64,000 nucleotides of DNA, from NCBI GenBank assembly GCA_951406725.2, contig OX597820.1, positions 109,244,001 to 109,308,000 on the forward strand, given 5' to 3'. A program made the position numbers and the translations under genes. Under the pieces are notes generated by a model, which ran no database searches, was not told where the DNA came from, and was given only the letters and a program-made list of their open reading frames with translations. Positions 48,248 to 61,833 of this stretch are shown one piece after another. Origin of the DNA: Octopus vulgaris (Eukaryota). How positions within the stretch are numbered: the first letter of the stretch is position 1; every line of letters begins with the position of its first letter.

Positions 48248-48656
48248 TACTCTTTTACTCTTTTCATTCATTTGACTGCAGCCATGCTGGAGCACCGCCT
48301 TTAATCGAGCAACTCGACCCCAGGACTTAACCTTTGTAAGCCCAGTACTTGTTCTATCGGTCTCTTTTGCCGAACCGCTAAGTGACGGGGACATAAACAC
48401 ACCAGCATCAGTTGTCAAGGAATGCTAGGCTGACAAACACAGACACACAAACATACACGCACATATATATATATATATATATATACATATATATGACGGG
48501 CTTCTTTCAGTTTCCGTCTACCAAATCCACTCACAAGGCTTTGGTCGGCCTGAGGCTATAGTAGAAGACACTTTCCCAAGGTGCCACACAGTGGGACTGA
48601 ACCTGGAACCATGTGGTTGGTAAGCAAGCTACTTACCACACAGCCACTCCTGCACC
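48248..48656 (-). mobile_element. Full-length tRNA-derived SINE with CORE-like domain (best-preserved copy)
   Basis: Minus strand: A-box TGGCTGTGTGG, B-box GGTTCAGTCCC, CORE-like gcaccttgggaaagtgtctt, internal (TA)/(TG) tract, short-repeat tail. Confidence 0.88.
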
Positions 48657-48703
48657 TATTATGTGTATATATATGTGTGTGTGTATATATATATATATGT
48701 ATG

Positions 48704-48734
<31 letters not shown>

Positions 48735-48757
48735 GTATGTATGTATGTATGTATATG

Positions 48758-48832
<75 letters not shown>

Positions 48833-48839
48833 GTATGTA

Positions 48840-50328
48840 CAGTGGGGGGAAATAAATATTCGTACATGTCAAAATTATTTATTTATTTAATTTCTAATGA
48901 AAATAAATGGGATATACCAATACTATATTTGCATACACATGCATGAACTAAGAATATGCAAAAGAAACTAATAAATTATAGTAACTAAGGAATTTATATT
49001 CAATTATAAATATCTAGGGATGAAAAAGTTTTCGTACAGAACATAAATAACTGATAATTTTGATTTAATACTTTGTAGCATAACCATTATTCAGTTCCAC
49101 TTCAACCAATTTCTTCTTGTAGTTCTTAATCACTCGCATGTTTCTTTAGGAATTTTTCTTCAAATCTGCAATGGACGTTGGGGCTCTTGAATGAATTTTA
49201 ATTTTCAAATAATGCCACAAATTTTCAATGGGGTTCAAGTGAGGTGACTAGCTTGGCTATTCTAATAATTTTATATTGTGATCGATAATCCACTTTTTGG
49301 TACTTCGCCGTGTGCTTAGGGTCATTATCCTGTTGTAAAACCAACCCTTCACAAAACTGAAGCTTTTCTACAGAGTCCCATAAATTATTGTTCAAAATAT
49401 TTTGGTACATCTCTGCATTCATTCTACCATCTATCACATGTAAATTGCCAGTACCATTTGCAGAGAAACACCCCCACACCATGATGTTGCTACCTCCAAA
49501 CTTTACGGTAGGAAATGTGTTTTTCGGTGAATAGGCAGTACCATCTTTCCTCCAAACAAGGCTACGCGAATTTCGTCCAAACAATTCAATTTTCAACTCA
49601 TCTGTCCATAGAACATTTTCCCAGAATGTATCAGATTTATCTTTATATTCATAAACAAATTTTAAACAGGCATCTCTATGCCTTTTGGTCAACAGCGGAG
49701 TTTTTCTAGGAGAGCGTGACTTCAGTTCATTCTTATGAAGTTCATTGCTGATTGTTCGTAGTGTAACAAATCTTCTTGCAACTCCTTTCTGGTGATCATT
49801 GCATTTTTTTCATTTCTTCACTTCATTTTTCTTAAAGATCTAGGGGAAATCTTGTGTGGTGCACCGGATCTTATTCTGTTTTCAACAGTTCCCAATTTTT
49901 TATATCTTTGAATAAATGAAGATATGGTAGAAAATGGAATACAAAGGGCCTCTGATATTTTCCTGTAACTTTTACCTGCTTTCCACTGCTCAATAATTAA
50001 GTCTTTCACTGAATTTGTGAGTTCTTTACTTTTCGCCATTATTACGATACTACTTTATGTTGTCTCAGTGCTGAATGAAGAAGCTAGCGTTTTGACACTT
50101 AAAAATGAAAACTGATAAGATTATTGGAACAAACGAGAAAGTTCTAGTAAAAAAAAATAATTTTAACAGTATTTTGTGGCATAGAAAATCATAAATTTAT
50201 TCTGTAGGAATACTTTTTAGTTTATGCATGTGTATGCAAATATAGTATTGATATATCTTATTTATTTTCATTAGAAATTAAATAAATAAATAATTTTGAC
50301 ATGTACGAATATTTATTTCCCCTCACTG
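48840..50328 (-). mobile_element. Full-length Tc1 transposon with long IR/DR-type TIRs and a frameshifted transposase
   Basis: TA|cagtggggg..cctcactg|TA, TIR over 100 bp, inner repeat ttttcgtacagaa; [44 protein letters not shown]. Confidence 0.94.
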
Positions 50329-50350
50329 TATGTATATATATGTATGTATG

Positions 50351-50393
<43 letters not shown>

Positions 50394-50452
50394 CTATATA
50401 TATATGTATATAGATATGTATATATGTATATATATATATATATGTATAGATG

Positions 50453-50497
<45 letters not shown>

Positions 50498-50730
50498 AAA
50501 AAATTTTTTCCTTTGCCCTCATTTATGAATTGTTTATAAATTTAGCCGTTAAAGATATTTTTTAATATGCTGGCCATTGATAAAATTCTTTTCGAAAAAA
50601 ATTTTATCCTACATTAGTTATATATATATATATGTATAGATGGATGTATATATGTATGTATATATGTATATATATGTATATATGTATGTATGTATATATA
50701 TATATATATATGTATGTATATATGTATGTA

Positions 50731-50766
<36 letters not shown>

Positions 50767-50780
50767 TGTATAGATGTATG

Positions 50781-50812
<32 letters not shown>

Positions 50813-51012
50813 TGTATAGATGTATGTATATATATGTATATATGTATGTATATATGTATGTATGTATGTATATATGTATGTATGTATATATGTATGTATA
50901 TATATATGTACATATGTATGTATGTATATATGTGTATATATGTATGTATATATGTGTATATATGTATGTATATACATATATATATATATGTATATATGTG
51001 TGTATTTATATG
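50329..51012. repeat. (TA)/(TATG) microsatellite arrays (one short unique interruption)
   Basis: Directly visible. Confidence 0.9.
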
Positions 51013-51013
51013 T

Positions 51014-51360
51014 ATCATCATCGTCATTGTTTAATGTCTGTTTTCCATGTTGTTATGCGTTGGACAGTTGAACTGGGATCTGGGAAGCCAGGAGACTGCA
51101 CAGGCTCCATTCTGATCTGGCAGTGTTTCTACAGCTGGATGCCCTTCCTAACGCCAACCACTCCAAGAGTGTAGTGAGGGTCCAGAAGAAGCTGGCATTA
51201 ACCACGATCGGGCGGTGCTTTTTACATACCACCTGCACAGAAGCCAGTCAAGGCGGCGCTGGCATCAGCCACATTCAGGTGGTGCTTTTTACGTACCACC
51301 GGTATGGGGATCACAACTACAACTTCCATTTGAATGCGATTTGATTTGATTTGATTTTGA
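51014..51360 (-). mobile_element. RTE-family tail fragment
   Basis: Same tail sequence as other copies. Confidence 0.82.
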
Positions 51361-51459
51361 TGTATAGCAATATATATATGTGGGTTTGTGTGTGTGTGTG
51401 TGTGTGTGTGCGTGTGTGTGTGTGTGTGTGCGTGCATGTATGTATATATATATTTTTTG

Positions 51460-51795
51460 TTTTATTCTTTTATTTGTTTCAGTCATATGACTGGCCATGC
51501 TGGAGCACCACCCAAAAGGGTTTTTTAGTCAAAGAACTCAACTCTAGGACTTATTCTTTTAACATTAGTACCTCTTCTATAGGTCTCTTTTGTTGAACTA
51601 CTAAATTCTGGAGATGTCAACACACCAACATTAGTAGGGAGAGAAAGCATAGACACAAAGACACACACATACATACATACATACAACAAGCTTCTTTCAT
51701 TTTCTGTCTTCCAAATCCACTCCCAAGTGGGACTGAACCCAGAACAATGTGGTTACGAAACAAGCTTCTTACCATACAGCCATGCCTTTGCCTGT
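51460..51795 (-). mobile_element. tRNA-derived SINE, diverged, internally deleted
   Basis: tttcagtcatatgactggccatgctggagcacc ... gtgggactgaacccagaac. Confidence 0.7.
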
Positions 51796-51834
51796 GTATA
51801 TATATTTACATATATGTATATATTATTATATTTC

Positions 51835-54207
51835 AAGATTTTCATGGGGGGGGGGGTAAATAAACACACACTATATATTCGTTTTTTATTGTTATCGTTT
51901 CACTTATATCTGTTGCCTGTAACTCTTTCGTCCCACAATTGTGACATCTTCAGCAACTTCTTCATCCTCTTATATACTCTTGTTCTGCCTAGTCCATTCT
52001 GTCCTTCTATGCATGCATTTGTGTCTCTGTCAGTGTGTGTGTGCACACATGTGCACGCACACATATGTGTGTGTATACATGTCCTGTTTTGCATGTGTAC
52101 TTATGTTTATGTATATGGGCTTGCTATATTGTATACTATTTGTATCCATGCTTTTTATATGGTTGTTACTGCTATTGTCATTGTTCTTAGTGGTCATCAT
52201 CATTGTTTGACTGTGGTCGAGACAATGGAATTTACCATGCTACGCCAGACTTCACGGTCCATCATAGCATTACGGAAGTCCTGTTGCTGAATGCCTGTAT
52301 CCCTGGAGATTACATCAGGGTAGGAGAGTGTGCGCCCTCTGGTATTGCGAGTAGATGGCTTCCAGAGGAGAAGTGTAGAAATTGCCTCGTTTTCAGCTCT
52401 ACAACAATATCCAGCAAACTGGACTCTCCTACCTTTCACAAGAAATGACACAGGTGGTAGTTTCCTATATATCTGCATTTTGGTTGGATGACGCTTCCAC
52501 GAGAGATTTTGAGCTCTCATAAGGAGGCGAGTGTAGGTTCCATCCAACTGCCTCTCGAGCTTCTTTGATAACGTTCAGGTTTCTGAGCCATATAGTAGAA
52601 TTGGTTCGACTGTGGCTTTGAAGATTTCAAGTTTGAAGTCTCTACTTAGATTTGATGACCAGATCTTATGCATGTCATTACAGGCTGACCAGGCCATACC
52701 CTTTCTAGTTAGAAGATCTTTTCTAGATGATAATATGTATGACCCAAGATATTTGTAATCAGAAACCATATTTAAGGGCGCATTGTTGTGAGTATGGATG
52801 ATGCAATCACTGTTGGACAGGCACTTGTTTATATATTCAGTCTTGGCCTCATTGAGGTAAAGACCTACACAATTTGAGGCTTGTTCGAGAGATTGTAAAA
52901 GAGACTGGGCATTGGAGAGAGAATCACTGATAAGAGCGATGTCATCAGCAAAGTCAGTGTCTGTCATGTATTCAGCTGGGTGTCTGGAACTTCTTCTAGG
53001 TTTTATTTCAAAGCCCTTGCCAGAAATGGTATCAACTGACATATGTAGCACATAGTCAACGACAATGATGCAGTATTCCGGCTTTGATTGAGAAAGTGGT
53101 ACCAATACTCGGTATGTTGACCCTCCCCTCACGTTTTCTCTTCTGTTGCTGTTGCTGCTGTTCTTGACCCTTATTTTGTTATTTTTCTTGTATCTTTGTG
53201 TGTTTATGCGTCTGTTTATGTTATGCCATCATAGTTGTTGTTGTTGCTCATGTTGTTGTTGCAACCATTTGTGATGTTACTGTAAGTGGGTTTGTGTGTA
53301 TGTATATGGGTTTGCTTACTCTATTGTTTGCATCCATGCCCTTTATTTTTTATTTTTTATTTACTTATTTATCTCTATTTCATCATAAGTTTGTGCATGT
53401 TTGTCTTTTGTGTGTATTACACTGTTTGTATCTCTGTGTTTTTTTCCTCCCTTCTGTCTTAGTTGTCATGTTGTGTGGTGGGAGTGAGTGTTCTTGTTCC
53501 ATTCATGTTTTTTGTTGAGACTCCATCTGTCTATTACTATGTGTGTGCCCTCCATAATCTGTCTAAGTGTCATGTTTGTTCTATGAATTGATTATACCTT
53601 AACCTCTATGTTATTAACTGAGCTTCTATGTTCTACTTGAGCATGTTGGTAGAGCACTGACGAGCTTTTCTCCTCTTTGTGCTCCTCCTTGCTGCATACC
53701 ATCTCCCCAATGTAGTTGTTGTCTTGTTTCTGCACTGTACTTTAGTACACTGTGAGCTGTAAACTACATTCCTAATCTTACAGTTAACCTGTGAGTTCAT
53801 CCTACATATTATACAATTGTTCTCCATACATGGAGACCTATTGAAAAGATAAATTCTACAGGCCAGGGATTTTATGGCCTTTCTGCTACTTTAATCCATA
53901 GATTTACCTTATCTAATGCTTTTCTAAAAAAAAGTATGCCATTTCGCCACCAGGGCTAACATTGATGAACATGACACTCTGGTATTTTTTGTTGTCATAC
54001 CATGAGTTGGCCTTATCTATTTTTTCTGGCCCTTTCTGTACTGTTCCAAGATTTACTAGTGTAGCAAGCAGATCCAATTTGGATCACTCTCTATGATGGC
54101 CTTGTAATTATCCCTGGCTTCTTTGTACACTCTAATTCTGTCCTTTTGGTTGTAGCCAGATAATTGCATGTGGTGGATGAAGTGTTTTATGTGTTTTTCC
54201 AATTCCA
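51835..54207 (-). mobile_element. Degenerate Penelope-like element (family of 42153-43502), interrupted by a LINE
   Basis: KHFIHHMQLSGY, SWYDNKKYQSVMF, CIICRMNSQVNCKIRNVVYS; low-complexity 3' UTR; hammerhead-like motif at 51912-51957. Confidence 0.7.
52195..53075 (-). mobile_element. RTE-group LINE (different family, no PHD insertion), 5'-truncated
   Basis: TDTDFADDIAL, GLYLNEAKTEY, YKYLGSYI, PILLYGSET, RRVQFAGYC; (TGA)n tail. Confidence 0.88.
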
Positions 54208-54254
54208 TTGGGTCACAAAAAAAAAACAACCCACAAAGATATTAAGGTTAGTCA

Positions 54255-54745
54255 TTCTAAATTAGTGGTCTCAGAGGTGGCATCATGCATAGAGCCAACC
54301 ACATCCACCAGTGCTCTCCATTGCTGGTGGTCCCATGCCAGCCCTTCTGCATCCTCCAAGGTGGTGTCGAACCTCTGGAGATCTTCTCCATCTGTCCCAA
54401 TCAGTTGCAGTCTAACCATCACTGCAAACACAGCTGCAATCAACGACACTTGCAGACTTGATCCTGTCACTCCTGATGAAATCAGTGCCGCCCTGAAAAA
54501 GTTTGACAACCACAAAGCTCCGGAATTTGCACTATCACTGTGGAAATGTAGAAATGGGTGAAGAAAACCTGGTCCAGCAGCTCGCATCATCAGCCATGTA
54601 TGGATGTTAGAGTGGCTCCCAAGTGATCAGACCTAGGGCTTCATCCTCCCTTTCTGGAAACAAAAGGGCATCCAACTCATCTACAGCAACCACAGGGACA
54701 TCACCTTCCTGTCCATCTTGGGGAAGCTCTTCATAAAGATACTGA
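54255..54745. mobile_element. RTE-like LINE fragments in inverted arrangement
   Basis: Minus: C-terminus EDLQRF..AWDHQQWRALV. Plus: VTPDEISAALKKFDNHKAP..ILPFWKQKG..NHRDITFLSILGKLF. Confidence 0.7.
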
Positions 54746-55032
54746 ATCATAATAAATCAAATATGAATATATAATAGTTCATTAATGTACAAATGTACCA
54801 AAATGATTTTCATTGAAAATGGATGTGAAATCATGAAAAAGAAAAGAAATGATAAAATTATTAAGGTTAGTCTTGATTTTTCCCTCTGGTGCTACTTTTT
54901 GGTTTAAATTTGCTCTGATTTTATGTCCTTTTCTATATTTTCCTTCTATTTCTCATCTGGATCAACTTTCAATGTTTATTAAGTGGGCTACTCAAATTTT
55001 TCCTTTTTTTTTTATGTTTTCAATTTTTAAAG

Positions 55033-55160
55033 ATATTCTACTTGGATCCCCGACCTTTACACTGGCCACGATACATAGAAAATTATTGTTTGGGTATCAA
55101 ACAGTTTATATTAAATGAAGACATGTCTGGCCTACCAGCAGCCAGAGCACACCTGAGGAA
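55033..55160 (+). CDS. FAR1: Fatty acyl-CoA reductase exon ([43 protein letters not shown])
   Basis: T-rich tract + aag acceptor, gtgagt donor, 128 nt, phase 0/2; [11 protein letters not shown] and E.MSGLPAAR motifs. Confidence 0.95.
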
Positions 55161-56273
55161 GTGAGTTTCTTTTTAAATTTTACGTTATTCTTCAGTCAAG
55201 TTTTAGTTTTGTTCTTTGCTTTCAGTGAATTAAAAGAAAAAAAACAAAGAAATTATTTGATGTAATTTTTTTCCATATTTACATGAATGGAATAGTTTTT
55301 TTTTTTTTTTTTTTTGTTGAAGTAAAGATTTTTACTGTTGCAATTTTTGAAGGATGCAGTGTTCTGACAGATAACAACTGATGTGGATAGTTTATTTCAT
55401 GTTGTAAGTAGTTTATTCCATGCTTCAAAAATTCTGAGCATGAAAAAATGTTTCCAAAAGTGCTGAACTGTTTCTTGATTTCATAATCTTCATGGACATC
55501 CAGAATTAGTTATCCAGTGTACAAATTTGATGACATGTACACCTATGTGAAAAATTGTGTAACACAAAACACGAATATAAGAATATATATTTGAAATTCA
55601 GAAGGGGATCAGGGACCAAATTGCAGATGTATGATGTAAGATTTTTAATACCTAATAATAGGTATTAGATTATTACATTTAAAAAAATGGTAAAGAAATA
55701 AGTTGAATGCAACTGCATATTCTTAATGACTGTACTGTGTTTTTGATGAGTACAATGATTCTATCATTAAAAATATATTTAGTCTTGCTACTCAAATGAT
55801 ACCATTTCTAGCAGGTCAAGTTACCAGTAGAGGTTGGAAGAATCAGTAGAGCATCAGACAATATGTCTTGCCATTTTTAACAGCCCTTTAATTTCTAGGT
55901 TCAAATACTACCCTCCCACACCATCTGAAGTTAACTGAGGGTTAATGGTTTTACCCCCTGGTACAAAGAAGAGCATATCACTAATCTATCATAGGTAACA
56001 TTTCCAGATAATCTGTTGTGGAGGGTAGTGTTTACAGGTAACATTTCCAGATGATCTGTTAACTGTTCACAGATGAACTAGAACACGGCAGAACAAACTG
56101 TTCTGCCCAGAAACAATGAAATACTTGCAATAGATTTGAATTCATGATCTATAGGTAAGGAGTTTAATGTCATATTTGGATATCTGGTCCATTTTGTTCT
56201 TTGTCTCATGTATTCACACACTCATATAGATAAAATTATATATATATATATTTCTTTATTCATTTATTTTCAG

Positions 56274-56436
56274 ATTGCGAAACATTCGTTACACATTCAA
56301 CACAATGTTGATAGTCGTCTTCTGGCGAGTTCTTATTGCCCGATCAGATTTGGCTCGCAATCTCTGGTACCTGATTATGGGGCTTGTGTCTAAATTTGTC
56401 AAGAACTTTTGGATAACTAGCACACTACGGCATTAA
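56274..56436 (+). CDS. FAR1: Fatty acyl-CoA reductase last coding exon (LRNIRYTFNTMLIVVFWRVLIARSDLARNLWYLIMGLVSKFVKNFWITSTLRH*)
   Basis: ttttcag acceptor, phase 2, TAA at 56434-56436; hydrophobic membrane-anchor tail as in FAR1. Confidence 0.95.
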
Positions 56437-56951
56437 TATTATTGAAGTAAAAAAACAAATAAGATTGAGATGAACAAAAAATGTAAAAAGCCTTGATACA
56501 CACATGAATACACACACTCATACACACACACACACACACACTCAAGCATGCTCATGCGCACAAATTTAATAAAAAATGCAGTATTTTTTTTTTATTTAAA
56601 GACTAAGCTTTACTTCTTCATTACTCTGTTTTCAACAATTCAGGCCATCCTTGTAACAGATTCTACAGGACCTGTTTGCAATATTCAACCTGTAATGCCA
56701 CACAGATTGTTGCTTAAATTCTTTCTTCATCTCTCTCTCTACACATTCTGTCGATGACACAATGTAACTGTTTGCTCTGCTACTACTAACTTAATACAGC
56801 TACTACTATTATTACTACTATTATTCTCTAAGACCGTTTACAATTAACAATTTTTTTAAACCTGAAAATTATTGTTACTAATTAAAATGTAAAGAAAAAT
56901 GTTTGGTTTCTATAAGAATGAACAGAGACTTTACTCAGAAAATGATTATAG

Positions 56952-57012
56952 AATAAACATAAACAAAAAAAATAAAAGGTAAAATGGTTGTAACTTCAAA
57001 TGTCTTTGTTCA
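56952..57012 (+). terminator. Candidate FAR polyadenylation region
   Basis: AATAAA at 56952 and 56971 followed by GT/T-rich tgtctttgtt; an alternative AATAAA lies at 56568. Confidence 0.4.
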
Positions 57013-57489
57013 TTTTATAAGAGATATTTGTTATTGTTTTATTAGTCAGCAATCACTAGAAATTCAAATATGTGTGTTTGTATGTTATATGTACACACAC
57101 ACACGTCTATACATGCATACGTGTTTTTGACACTAATAATTATATATATTAAAGGCAATAACCTGACAACATTTCATCTGTCTTTACATTCATCATCATC
57201 ATCATCATTTAATGTTCACTCTCCATGCTGGCATGAGTTTGACTGGAGCTGATAAGCTGGAGATATGCACCACATTCCAGTCTGATTTAGCATGGTTTCT
57301 ATGGCTAAATGCCCTTCCTAATATCCACCACTCCAGCAGTGTAATGGGTCTTTTTATGTGCCACCAGCACAGATGCCATTTACATGACACCATCAACGAC
57401 CACGATGAGTTCAAATTCTGCCCAAGTCAGCTTGCCTTTCATCCTTTTGGGGTTGATAAAATAAGTACCACTCTTGGAACCTTGAAAGG

Positions 57490-58123
57490 ATCTGCACATA
57501 GCCATCTGTCATTTCTTCTTTTAGTTTTCTGGTCCTGGTCAAAGTTTTTCTCATCTGAGAATAACCAAATCATACCATCTTCTGATGGATTTTAAAGTTT
57601 GTTCAAAAGACTTTGGGATCTGATTAAACAGTTTTCTCTTGTTTTGTTTTTTTAATATAAATTGACCTCTCCTCATCACATAAGATTTGTATCTGATGTC
57701 TTTGTGCACAACATTTCTGATTTTTTTTTTCTGACACATGAAATTTTTTTGAAATTGATCTCATTGATTTTCCTGGATAGTCTTCAATGTTTTGCTTAAC
57801 TTCCTGAATAAATTCAGGTGTCCTGTTAGAACCAGAGCATTTGGAATGTTTTTTTACATTTTGATACAGGTAATACACTTCCATCTTCTTTCTCTAACTC
57901 ACACCGAATCTTGTGGACAAAAGATCTTGCAACTTTCAGAAAACAAGAAATTTCTAAACCACCATGCTTAGCCTTCAAAGCCACAATCACAGCATACCTT
58001 TTCATTTCATTAGTAAGCATAGGGCCTGTCATTGTTATTTTCTGAAATAGAAGTTCAATAAAAATTATTCAAATAAAATAATGACTAAAAATGCATGTGT
58101 CCTCAGATACCATCTGCAACCTG
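57490..58123 (-). mobile_element. Tc1/mariner-superfamily remnant (transposase N-terminus)
   Basis: MKRYAVIVAL..EISCFLKVARSFVHKIR, RTPEFIQEVKQNIEDYPGKSMRSISKKFHVS, IRNVVHKDIRYKSY. Confidence 0.7.
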
Positions 58124-58269
58124 TATATATATAAAGTTATGAATAACAAGAGAAATATAGTATGATAACATTTATTTAACCATCAAAAATTCTTAATTAA
58201 TGATAATTAAAAAAAAACATGTATAGATATCTTATTTTATTATACTTTATAATAAGTACTAAATTACTT

Positions 58270-58947
58270 ACATGTGTGCATTAATATATACAATCTTCAA
58301 ATTAATGTAGATATTAAGCTAGCTCTTTGGATTAAAAAATAATGTTAAAAAATAATATCTTGACATAACATTTGAAGAACACAAAGTCAGTATTTGAAAA
58401 AGAACTTTCAATATGGAAGACAATAATAATAAGATTAATAGAAATTAATTACACAGCTTTCTAAAGATGGGGAGGGAAATTTAGTAAGATATTAAAAAGT
58501 AACTAGTAGATCATTTTGGTATAAGAAAAGGAAAATTGTATATTTATCATTACTAACCTAGAAAATAAAAGATTGCAAAGACAGAAAAAAATAATGACAA
58601 AGTGAAACCAAATAAAAGTTCTTAGAGACAATGTTTACAAAATATAGGGATTGATATCAACAAGAGAAATATGAGCAATATTAAATTAAAAATTATAAGT
58701 TTAAAGAAAAGAATCTTAAAACATATGGAAGACGATAAAAATAATATTAATAGAATTTAATAAGGCAGTTTTCTAAGTCAAGAAGGTTGAATTTAGTAAG
58801 ATATTAAAATGTAACTTGTAGATAATTTTGGTCTAAGAAAAGGAAAATCATATATTTATCTTTAATGACCTAGAAAATAAAAGATCATAAGTATGTATAT
58901 GTACATGTATTGCTCAATATTTTTGTATATGCTTATATTGGTTTTAC

Positions 58948-59000
<53 letters not shown>

Positions 59001-59310
59001 TTAAATATGTCATATATATTACTTGCATGTGTGCATTAATATAAACAATCTTTGAATTAATGTTGACATATTTTGGGTTAAAAAAATCCATGTTACAAAA
59101 TAATCCCTTGACATAACATTTCAAGAATGCAAAGTCAACGTTTAAAGAAGAATCTTAAGAAATATGGAAGTCAATAATGATATAATTAATAGACAGCTTT
59201 CTAAAGATATTAAAAAGTAACTAGTTGATAATTTTGGTATAAGAAAAGAAAAATAATATATTTATCATTAATAACCTAGAAAATAAAGATAGTAAAAACA
59301 GGAAAAAAAT
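58270..59310. repeat. Three diverged direct copies of an AT-rich unit of about 180-320 bp
   Basis: aagatattaaaa.gtaact.gt.gat.attttggt.taagaaaag.aaa recurs at about 58487, 58798 and 59204. Confidence 0.8.
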
Positions 59311-59339
59311 GTTTTTTGCATCCATAAACTGCTAAACTT

Positions 59340-61833
59340 TATAAACAACTCATCAGACTCTAATGGTGGGGGGGGGGGGCATAGCATATAACCTCATTTT
59401 TGAAGTGAGATTCATAATTGGAGAACCAAAAATCAAGCACAATATCAGTCAAAAGGAATGGCATATTATACATGAACTGAAAAACAATAACAACATAATA
59501 ATTAAGGATGCAGATAAGGGAAGTGCTATAGTTATTATGGATATTGAACACTACAAAAGAGATATACTATCTATATTACAAGACATGACCTACTATGAAA
59601 AGGTAAATAAATACCAAAAATCAAAGACAATGATTAAACTGAGCACACTCGTTCACAAACATCAGACAGGTTTAGCAAACAAAGAATGTTACTACCTAAC
59701 CCATTTTGATTGCAAGACTAGCTTACATCTATGTTCTCCCAAAATCCATTAGAATTCAACTATTAAGAATGCATGTAAAGAACCAACTTCAGGTTGCATA
59801 AACATACAGTATCCAACGACCTTAAATTAATGCCAATTCTAGCAGGCCCAAACTGTGAAACACACAGATTCAGCAACTTTTTAAATATATTACTGAAGTC
59901 TATATTAAAATACATACCAAGTCTTATAAGGGACGATCTGCACCTGTTAAACCACCTCCCAAAATCCATAAACAATGATATCATTATTGTATCTTTTGAT
60001 GGAGTTAACCTCTATATCCCAATCCTATATCAATATGGACTAGAGGCACTAAATTTCTGGCTTGAGAAGTTGCTTGATGAAATTCCAGACAGAATTGAAA
60101 AAAGTTTCATCCCTGAAGGATTAGAGTTTTCCCTTGAAAACAACTTTTTTTAACTTCGGTGGTAATATTTACAAACAAATATCTGGGACTGCATTGGGGA
60201 CAAAAATTGCTCCGGCTTATACCAGTTTAATCATGGCTTACATGGAGGTCCAGATATATGAACATCAAAATTAAAATATGGCTTGAACTTCCACAAATAT
60301 CTATTAGAAAACTGGAAACATTACCCATATGACTGCTTAATCCTATGGATGCACACATTTGAACAACTTATAGACTTCACTTGTGCCAGTGGCATGTGAA
60401 AAAACATTTGAGCAAGTTTGTTGCCAGTGCCACTGGACTGGCTCCTGTGCAGGTGGCACGTAAAAAACACCATTTGAGCATGGCCATTGCCAGTACTGCC
60501 TGACTGGCCCTCATGCCTGTGGCATGTAAAAGCACCCACTACACTCTCAGAGTAGTTGGTGTCAGGAAGGGCATCCAGCTGTAGGAAATCTGCCAGATTA
60601 GATTGGAGCCTGGTGCAGCCATCTGGTTCGCCAGTCCTCGGTCAAATCGTCCAACCCATGCTAGCATGGAAAGTGGACGTTAAATGATGATAATGATTCA
60701 CCATAGAATACAGTAAAACTCAATTATCATTCTTGGATATACTAATCATCAAAAGAGGTAAAATCATTGAAACAGATATTCACTACAAACAAACAGATAT
60801 ATTCACTACAAACAAACAGATTCTAAACAATACTTCTAAACAATACTCATGCCTTCCCAAATACATGAAGAATAATATTCCATTTAATCTAGCAAAAAGA
60901 ATCTGCACAATTGTCTGAAACCCTGAAACTCACAATAAAAGACTCCAAGAACTAAAACAAATACTACTTAAAAGATAATATCCATTAAAGTTAATAGACA
61001 ACGGAATAGAATGTGCCAAAGCAATAAATATCTAAGAACTATCATTGTTGTTTAATTGCTTTCTGTGCTGGCATGGGTTGGACAGTTTGACTGAGGACTG
61101 GCAAGCCAGGAGGCTGCTCCAATCTGATCTGGCAAGGTTTCTACAGCTGGATGCCCTTCCTAATGTCAACCACTTCAAGAGTGTAGTGGGTGCTTTTTTC
61201 ATGCCAATGGCTGAAAAACACTCCAGATATATCCAATAATCTACCCTTTATTACAACACACAACCCAAGAAATATAGAGGTTTACAATATTATCCACCAG
61301 AACATCTCACTACTAAGACAAGACCTAAAAATGAAACAAATATTTGAAATACACAAAATAATCAAAAGTAAAAGGAAATGAAAAATTCCTCACAAGTGCT
61401 AAATTACCTTCCACAGCTCCTACACCAACAGTCAAAAAGTGTGGCCACCCCAATTGTGGGACATGCATCAATCTTATTGAAGACACAACATACCAATTCA
61501 AAACAGAGCAGATTTTTACCATAAAAATCACTTTACATGTTCTTCAAGGAATTTAATAAATGCTATCAAATGTTAAGGATGTAATGAAGATTACATAGGT
61601 CAAACTAAGCTTACTATAAGAAATAGACCGACCATTTACCGACAACAAATAAGTGACCCCAGTACTAGACAGATTCCACTGAGAGGACACATAGACATAT
61701 GTGCAAAAAATAAGTCTCCCAAATTCCAGGTCTTCCCACTCAACCTATGTTCAGTGAATACTACAGATGATGCATGGATAAACAAAGAGAATACTTCCAT
61801 ACAAAAGTACAAACCCAGACATAACAAATTTTA
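59340..61833 (+). mobile_element. Degenerate Penelope-like element (family related to 36458-38625), with two RTE-tail insertions (60375-60697, 61045-61205)
   Basis: IIIKDADKGSAIVIMD, IPSLIRDD, SFDGVNLY, FLDILII, NNIPFNLAKRICTIV, KCGHPNCGTC, YIGQT in broken frames. Confidence 0.88.

Noticed and set aside
48580-48656. tRNA gene
   Set aside because: A/B boxes are present but it is the head of a multi-copy SINE; no complete cloverleaf is evident.
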